From Anaerolineae bacterium (GTDB lineage Bacteria > Chloroflexota > Anaerolineae > UBA1429), in assembly GCA_963675785.1 (NCBI GenBank), contig OY776562.1:2784001-2848000 (forward strand): 64,000 nucleotides of DNA, read 5' to 3'. The translations under genes were made by a program, and so were the position numbers. Shown one piece after another: positions 58,091 through 64,000 of this stretch (positions are counted from its first letter, which is position 1; every line of letters begins with the position of its first letter). The notes beneath the pieces were generated by a model, which saw nothing but the letters and a program-made list of their open reading frames with translations, was not told the DNA's origin and did not search any database.

Positions 58091-59257
58091 CTATCGACAG
58101 TTCTGTAGGTCTTGGAGCGTTCCCAAAATATGGGCTTTGATCACCCCTTCCAAATCAGGGCTCCAGCTCTTGCCAATATCGAATAGATGAAAAGATTCAG
58201 TCTCGTAACCACCTTCTTCATAGGCAGCGCCTGTCGGTAAATAGCCTACACTCCCATTGCAATAGCCAAGCATCATGATCGCTTCGGGGGAAGGTACAAG
58301 GCTTCGCGCGTAAAGAGCATATTCTACAAAAGCTTCTCCTCCCAATCCCATCAGAACACAATCGCCCAAACGGAAACTACCGAGCGGACACGGAGAGGTG
58401 GCACCATCCATGGTAGGAAGATTCATCATAAAACTCTGGAAACATAACGGCACAGTTGAAACCTGGCGCCAATCGCGAATGCCTGTCACAGCCTTGGCTA
58501 CTGTCTCGCCATGCGCTTTCATCTGTTCTATCGTCCGTTCCTGACGATAAGGGTTCTGATCAGCACCACACCCTTGCAAATAAACCGCCCTAGTCCCCCG
58601 CCATATTTCCTCTATCCTGCTACGAGCTATTCCCATCCATTCAGCTGAAATGAGCAAGTTCTCTCCACCCAGGGTTGTGCCGTGCATGGGATGAGTAAAA
58701 AGGAGCACATCGTCAGTTGTGGGGCGCTCAAAGCGCCAACATGTTACCGCATCCAAGTGCGCTCCTTGCGGATTGACCCCGAGAATTATACGGTCATCAG
58801 CCGTCCTCTCCCGACGGTTGCAGCCGATGTTGGCCTTTGCCTCAGCAACGGTCATTCTCGCTGGCGTCAAGTCGTCTAGTGCTTCTTCTGCCGATATAAC
58901 ACAATGCTGCACGACCTGATAAACGTAGGCTTCCTCTGGCGAGTATCCCGCAAAATGAGCCACCATAGGGCCGGCGTGGGTATGTGTAAAGCTAATGATC
59001 TGCTGTTCTGGCCTTATGCCGGTTGCCTCGCAAACAGCATTGTTAAGCAGATCAACCTCGGGTAAATCCATCCAGCAAAGATCAAGTGCCAAGATCAGTA
59101 CGCACTCTTCTTCAGATTTCAAAGCCACTGCCTGGCAATAGAGATCATCATGCACACCATCGAAAGGTGCCGTACGAGAGCCATATCCCAACATGCGCAG
59201 GGGCTGCGTTGGTGTAATCGCCTGCTGGGCAAAACCCACCTGCAAGTCCATTTTCAT
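58091..59257 (-). CDS. Neutral-ceramidase-like amidohydrolase
   Basis: ITP, GVHDDL, THTHAGP, HGTT, QGCGADQNP, GYLPT, GGYE. Confidence 0.8.
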   Translation of the reverse strand: MKMDLQVGFAQQAITPTQPLRMLGYGSRTAPFDGVHDDLYCQAVALKSEEECVLILALDLCWMDLPEVDLLNNAVCEATGIRPEQQIISFTHTHAGPMVAHFAGYSPEEAYVYQVVQHCVISAEEALDDLTPARMTVAEAKANIGCNRRERTADDRIILGVNPQGAHLDAVTCWRFERPTTDDVLLFTHPMHGTTLGGENLLISAEWMGIARSRIEEIWRGTRAVYLQGCGADQNPYRQERTIEQMKAHGETVAKAVTGIRDWRQVSTVPLCFQSFMMNLPTMDGATSPCPLGSFRLGDCVLMGLGGEAFVEYALYARSLVPSPEAIMMLGYCNGSVGYLPTGAAYEEGGYETESFHLFDIGKSWSPDLEGVIKAHILGTLQDLQNCR

Positions 59258-59388
59258 AATGCCCTCCCGAAGACACCTTTTTAGGCATCTTAGCAGATAT
59301 CATGGGCAAATCCAGTAATAGAGAGGTTGACGAAGTCAGCAGAGCCCTTCATAATGCCCCTTGCGCTGCAATAAAGGAGTACGATGAC

Positions 59389-60741
59389 ATGTCAATCAAA
59401 GCTCAAGATATCGCCAATCACTGGCAGCATGTGGCCGACTGGGTTGATTGGGAGCATACCTGCGACGGGTTCAAAGCGGGATCGCCAAATACGCCCATTA
59501 CACATATTGCCGTAGGGTGGCAGTCAACAATGGATGCCCTGCGTCAAGCCAATGATCTCGGCTGCGAGTTATTCATCACCCACGAACCCACTTTTTACAG
59601 TCATATGGATGATAACGAAGCCTGGAAAGCCACCCCAGCTGCTCAAGAAAAAATGCGCTTTCTGCAAGAAACAGGAATGGTTGTCTATCGCTGCCACGAT
59701 GCTTGGGATACCTTCCCTAAAATAGGTGTAAGGGATAGCTGGAGCGCCTACCTTGATCTGGGCGAGCCCGTGGCACAGCGGGGCTATTACAACCTGCATG
59801 ATGTTCCCATGACCACGGCCTGGGAACTCGCTGGCCGTATCGCTGAAAAAGTAAAACCCTTGCGACAGCAGGGCGTACAGTTCATCGGCCAAAAGCAACA
59901 CATGGTTGACAAGCTGGCCATTGGCACAGGAGCCATAACCAATGCTCAGGAGATGGTCGCTATGGGAGCAGATGTCGTGCTGCTCACCGATGACGGCATG
60001 GTACAGTGGCGGGACGGAGCTTGGCTAGCGGATACGAACATCCCTGCAATTGTAGTCAATCACACTACAGCAGAATTCCCCGGTATAAGAAACCTTCAGG
60101 TATATCTGAAGGAAACTTTTGATGTTCCCGTAGAATTGGTTGGTGATAGTTGCGGGTATGAGATGTGGGTCACCCAACCTCGATTGGACGTAGCTGTACG
60201 CATGTTTCGCTCCTCTCTCAACGACCTGCCAGAGATTCAACTACCAGATGGCTATCATTGTGCAGATATGCAAGAAGACCAGGTATGGGCTTATATTGAA
60301 GTGATGAACCAGTCCAACTTTTCCGGTAATTGCGATCAGGCATGGTTCGAACGAACATTTGCATCAGACCCCTTATACAGGCCAGAATATATCAAAATCA
60401 TTTGGAAAGGCGACAAGCCGGTAGCAGCCGCAGCGGCATGGCACACAGATAGCGATGAAGAACCTCGCGGAAAGCTACATTGGGTAGGTGCCATCAATAC
60501 TGCCCGTGGGCTGGGGTTGGGCAAAGCGATTACATTGGCTGCGCTTTATGGACACAAAGCACGCGGGTTTAAACAAGCCATACTAGATACACATACATGG
60601 CGTTTGAATGCGATTGCTGCTTATATGCACATGGGTTTTGAGCCGTTGCCAACAGAAACTGCGCCACAAGAAGTTTGGGACCAAGTATTAAAAGATTTGG
60701 AAACATGGCGGAAACGCTATGCGGTGATGAAAGGACACTAG
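59389..60741 (+). CDS. Nif3-like metal-binding protein fused to a C-terminal GNAT domain
   Basis: DGFKAG, FITHEPTFY, RCHD, NHTTAEFPG; then LHWVG..ARGLGLGKA and AIAAYMHMGF; ATG 59389 after AAGGAG. Confidence 0.8.
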   Translation: MSIKAQDIANHWQHVADWVDWEHTCDGFKAGSPNTPITHIAVGWQSTMDALRQANDLGCELFITHEPTFYSHMDDNEAWKATPAAQEKMRFLQETGMVVYRCHDAWDTFPKIGVRDSWSAYLDLGEPVAQRGYYNLHDVPMTTAWELAGRIAEKVKPLRQQGVQFIGQKQHMVDKLAIGTGAITNAQEMVAMGADVVLLTDDGMVQWRDGAWLADTNIPAIVVNHTTAEFPGIRNLQVYLKETFDVPVELVGDSCGYEMWVTQPRLDVAVRMFRSSLNDLPEIQLPDGYHCADMQEDQVWAYIEVMNQSNFSGNCDQAWFERTFASDPLYRPEYIKIIWKGDKPVAAAAAWHTDSDEEPRGKLHWVGAINTARGLGLGKAITLAALYGHKARGFKQAILDTHTWRLNAIAAYMHMGFEPLPTETAPQEVWDQVLKDLETWRKRYAVMKGH

Positions 60742-60742
60742 T

Positions 60743-62485
60743 TTGAAAACCGTAAAAAGAGTATTTGTATACTTAAAGCCCTACAGGTGGGCGTTGGTCG
60801 TCGCCATTACAGCCATGGTAGGCTTGGTGGTAACCGAGCTGGCTACGCCCGAAGTCGTTCGACGCCTTACTGCTGCTATCACTGGCGGAACATGGAATGA
60901 TGAAACACAAAAGTTTGTCACTACCCTGGCGCTTGCTCTCCTCATTCTCTATACCTTGCGCGCAGGGCTCTCCTTTTTAAGAAGTTATTTTGCGCATATT
61001 GCCGGTTGGGGCGTCGTCGCTGATGCCCGGCGCAGTATTTATGCTCATCTACAAAAGCTCTCCTTGCGATACTATGAAAATCAGCAGACGGGGCAGCTCA
61101 TGTCTCGCATGGTCAATGACTCGGACTATTTCGAGAGGCTCATCTCTCACGCCGTCCCTGATACATTGGTCAATATTCTGGAACTGGTTGCCGTCAGCGT
61201 CATGCTCAGCAGCATCAACTGGAAGCTTATGCTGCTGACGCTTATCCCTGTGCCTTTTATTGTTATTGGTATGCAAGGCTATGCAAAATTCGTTCGCCCG
61301 GCCTTTCGCACCCGGCAGAAAGAGTTGGCCGAGCTCAATGCTGTTCTCAACGACAACTTATCTGGCATTCGTGAGATCAAAGCTTTCAACCGTGAAGATA
61401 TCGAGGCAACACGTATCGGCCAACGTATCGATAACTATCGCCTCTCTTTGCTTCGCGCCTTGAGGCTCATGGCTACTTTTGGTCCTGGTGTCGAGTGGGC
61501 CAGCTCGTTGGGCACAGTCATCGTCATCTTTTTTGGCGGACGGATGGCTTTTCAGGGGATACTGCCGCTTTCCGATTTGATTGCCTTTATTATGTACCTC
61601 AGCATCTTTTATCAGCCGATTCGCGCCCTCTCTACAGCCTGGGAAGCCATTCAGGAAGCCGCTGCTGGCGCAGATCGTGTTGTCGAGTTGCTAGATGAAG
61701 AACCAGATGTGATCGATCTGCCGAACGCCATTGACATTGAGCACTGTACCGGGCATATCTCCTTCCAAGATGTGAACTTTGCCTACATCGAAGGAGACCC
61801 CGTATTACAGCATATCGAACTGGACATCCCTGCCGGATCCGTCACTGCCCTCGTTGGCCCTACCGGTGTTGGCAAAACGACGATGGCCAGTCTTATTCCT
61901 CGCTTTTACGACGTTTCTCAGGGCAGTATCTCTATAGATGGACACGATATTCGTGACCTGACGTTGGCATCCCTACGCAGCAACATTGCCATGGTTCTGC
62001 AGGACGTCTTCTTGTTCCATGGTACGGTGCGAGAGAACATCCTCTTTGGCAAGCCAAACGCCTCTGAAGAAGAGATGCGCCAGGCGGCAGACATAGCCAA
62101 CGCGACCGAGTTCATCAGCAAACTATCCGATGGTTACGACACAATGATCGGGGAGCGCGGTGTCAAGCTCTCTGGCGGGCAAAAGCAGAGAATTTCAATC
62201 GCCCGTGCCATCCTCAAGAATGCCCCTATCCTCATCTTGGATGAGGCAACCTCTAGCGTAGACACACAAACCGAATTGTTGATTCAGCAGGCACTTGAGC
62301 GGCTGATGATAGGACGAACTACACTCATCATCGCCCACCGGCTTTCGACCATTCGCAATGCCGACCAGATCATTGTCCTTGAAGGCACCGGTATCAAGGA
62401 AAAGGGAACACATCACGAGCTAGATCAGCTGGGTGGGCGCTATCACGAGCTCTTGCAGGCCCAAACATGGCTGGCTTCGCAATGA
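60743..62485 (+). CDS. ABC exporter, fused TMD-NBD (MsbA-like)
   Basis: GPTGVGKT, LSGGQKQR, ILDEATS, IAHRLST. Confidence 0.95.
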   Translation: MKTVKRVFVYLKPYRWALVVAITAMVGLVVTELATPEVVRRLTAAITGGTWNDETQKFVTTLALALLILYTLRAGLSFLRSYFAHIAGWGVVADARRSIYAHLQKLSLRYYENQQTGQLMSRMVNDSDYFERLISHAVPDTLVNILELVAVSVMLSSINWKLMLLTLIPVPFIVIGMQGYAKFVRPAFRTRQKELAELNAVLNDNLSGIREIKAFNREDIEATRIGQRIDNYRLSLLRALRLMATFGPGVEWASSLGTVIVIFFGGRMAFQGILPLSDLIAFIMYLSIFYQPIRALSTAWEAIQEAAAGADRVVELLDEEPDVIDLPNAIDIEHCTGHISFQDVNFAYIEGDPVLQHIELDIPAGSVTALVGPTGVGKTTMASLIPRFYDVSQGSISIDGHDIRDLTLASLRSNIAMVLQDVFLFHGTVRENILFGKPNASEEEMRQAADIANATEFISKLSDGYDTMIGERGVKLSGGQKQRISIARAILKNAPILILDEATSSVDTQTELLIQQALERLMIGRTTLIIAHRLSTIRNADQIIVLEGTGIKEKGTHHELDQLGGRYHELLQAQTWLASQ

Positions 62486-62486
62486 G

Positions 62487-62516
62487 TTATCCCCAATTGT
62501 GGATAACTGTGGATAA
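62487..62516. promoter_or_regulatory. Cluster of three DnaA boxes
   Basis: TTATCCCCA (62487-95, 1 mismatch), TGTGGATAA (62498-506) and TGTGGATAA (62508-516), both perfect reverse boxes. Confidence 0.7.
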
Positions 62517-62525
62517 ACTAACCCT

Positions 62526-63281
62526 ATGAGAATTCTTGCTATCTCTTGCGAAGTTCTTGCCCGCTTGCTCTATGCATCTGCCGCGACGAGCCCTCATGTC
62601 ATCGACATACGGCTCGTCGACAAAGGGCTGCACACCAAGCCGCAAGAATTACAACGCTATCTCCAGGGTCTTCTCAATGAAATAGACCCCAACAGCTATG
62701 ATGCCATTGTATTGGGATACGGCCTCTGCAGCAACGCCACCGTTGGCCTTACAGCACCGATCAAAATGGTCATTCCTCGGGCGCACGATTGCATCACCCT
62801 ATTTCTGGGTAATCGAGAAAAATACGCTGCCGAGTTTCGCGAACACCCTGGCACGTATTGGTACGAGCCTGATTACATGGAGAGGAACTCGGCGAATGGT
62901 GATTCGCTCGGTTTGGGCTCAGATAACGACCAGAGCGTAAAAGAACAATATGCTGAATATGTGACCAAATATGGCCAGGATAACGCCGATTATCTGATGC
63001 AGGTTATGGGCGCATGGAAGAGCCATTATGATCGGGCTGCCTTTATCCGCGTCGAAGATGTTCCATTGCCTGACTATACTCCTCAGGTTAGGACTATTGC
63101 CCGTGATAGAGGTTGGAACTATGCTGAAATAACCGGGCATAGTGAGCTAATCAGGTGTTTGCTCCATGGAGAATGGGACAACGGAGCCTTTTTAACCCTT
63201 GAACCAGGGGAGAGCCTAGAACCATCTTACGATGCCAGTATCATGCGGTGTCCGTTCAAACAAGGAGAGAGCCATGTCTGA
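62526..63281 (+). CDS. DUF1638 family protein
   Basis: [32 protein letters not shown]. Confidence 0.85.
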   Translation: MRILAISCEVLARLLYASAATSPHVIDIRLVDKGLHTKPQELQRYLQGLLNEIDPNSYDAIVLGYGLCSNATVGLTAPIKMVIPRAHDCITLFLGNREKYAAEFREHPGTYWYEPDYMERNSANGDSLGLGSDNDQSVKEQYAEYVTKYGQDNADYLMQVMGAWKSHYDRAAFIRVEDVPLPDYTPQVRTIARDRGWNYAEITGHSELIRCLLHGEWDNGAFLTLEPGESLEPSYDASIMRCPFKQGESHV

Positions 63282-64000
63282 CACGCAAAACAAGAGAGAG
63301 TCTCTTTATTCTCTTCTTGGCGACCTACCTGACCGTAATCGCCCCATAGAGATTGAGATAGTTTCTATAGAGACACGGGATGATTACATACTCGAGACGT
63401 TGGTCCTTGATTTGAATGGAATTGAACGGGTGCCAGCCTATATGGTGCGTCCTCTCGAACAGAATGGCCCTGTCCCCTGCGTCATCTATAACCATGCCCA
63501 CGGTGGTGATTATGTGCTCGGCAAAAACGAACTCATCGATGGGCGTTCTCACCTAAAGAACCCGCCCTATGCCGTCGCTCTTGCCAAAGAAGGCTATGCA
63601 GTACTGGCCATCGATCATTGGAATTTTGGTGAAAGACGCGGACGTACCGAAAGTGCCTTGTTCAAAGAATTGTTGTGGAAGGGCCAAGTTCTGTGGGGAC
63701 TGATGGTCTATGATAGCCTGCGTGCAGTAGACTATGTTTGTTCTCGAAACGATATCGACTCCTCGCGAATCGCTACCTTGGGGCTTTCTATGGGCAGTTC
63801 TATGGCTTGGTGGTTGGCTGCGCTGGACGAGCGCATTCGTGTATGTGTCGATCTTTGTTGCCTAACCGATTTTGATTCACTTGTCCAGGCTCATGGTCTG
63901 GATGGTCACGGTCTGTATTACTATGTCCCTTCTCTGCTCAAATATTTCGACACTTTTTCCATCAACGCGCTGATTGCACCGCGCGCTCATCTCTCTATAA
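63274..64000 (+). CDS. Dienelactone hydrolase-family alpha/beta hydrolase (YtaP-like), truncated at window end; not in the ORF track
   Basis: ATG 63274 after AGGAG; [30 protein letters not shown]; open to the window end. Confidence 0.85.
   Translation, partial: MSDTQNKRESLYSLLGDLPDRNRPIEIEIVSIETRDDYILETLVLDLNGIERVPAYMVRPLEQNGPVPCVIYNHAHGGDYVLGKNELIDGRSHLKNPPYAVALAKEGYAVLAIDHWNFGERRGRTESALFKELLWKGQVLWGLMVYDSLRAVDYVCSRNDIDSSRIATLGLSMGSSMAWWLAALDERIRVCVDLCCLTDFDSLVQAHGLDGHGLYYYVPSLLKYFDTFSINALIAPRAHLSI

Noticed and set aside
62487-62516. DnaA-box cluster as oriC
   Set aside because: Spacer is only 40 bp, with no AT-rich unwinding region and no dnaA/dnaN/rpmH nearby; kept only as a possible regulatory cluster.

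Overview
Gene-dense bacterial chromosomal window. Gene content (Tad pilus with no secretin, spoVS, hrcA/CIRCE, ricT, Pro/Thr-linker surface proteins, URO-D and DUF1638 proteins) suggests an anaerobic monoderm, probably Chloroflexota/Anaerolineae (inference). It contains the recA 3' end-recX-rny-spoVS, ricT-holB / holA, several metabolic genes, a 13-gene Flp/Tad pilus cluster (12.5-25.1 kb, minus) preceded by two nucleotide-sugar genes, ychF, prs, lgt, comEA, the hrcA-grpE-dnaK-dnaJ-prmA-rsmE cluster with CIRCE operators, transketolase and assorted hydrolases and transporters. No rRNA, tRNA, CRISPR array or transposase was recognised. The most interesting locus is 44.7-49.3 kb. A MalT-like ATPase-TPR-SARP(BTAD) regulator is followed by a terminator and then a promoter with an 11-bp-periodic direct repeat (SARP-box geometry). 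Downstream lie two tandem, unannotated, identical 35-aa signal-peptide-like genes that differ only at 2 synonymous sites, a DUF5317-like membrane protein whose motifs resemble the signal peptidase II catalytic motifs, an 81-aa NHLP-leader-like protein, and a terminator. This is a candidate undescribed peptide signalling (quorum-sensing-like) cassette. All family assignments come from motif recognition by eye; no searches were run.
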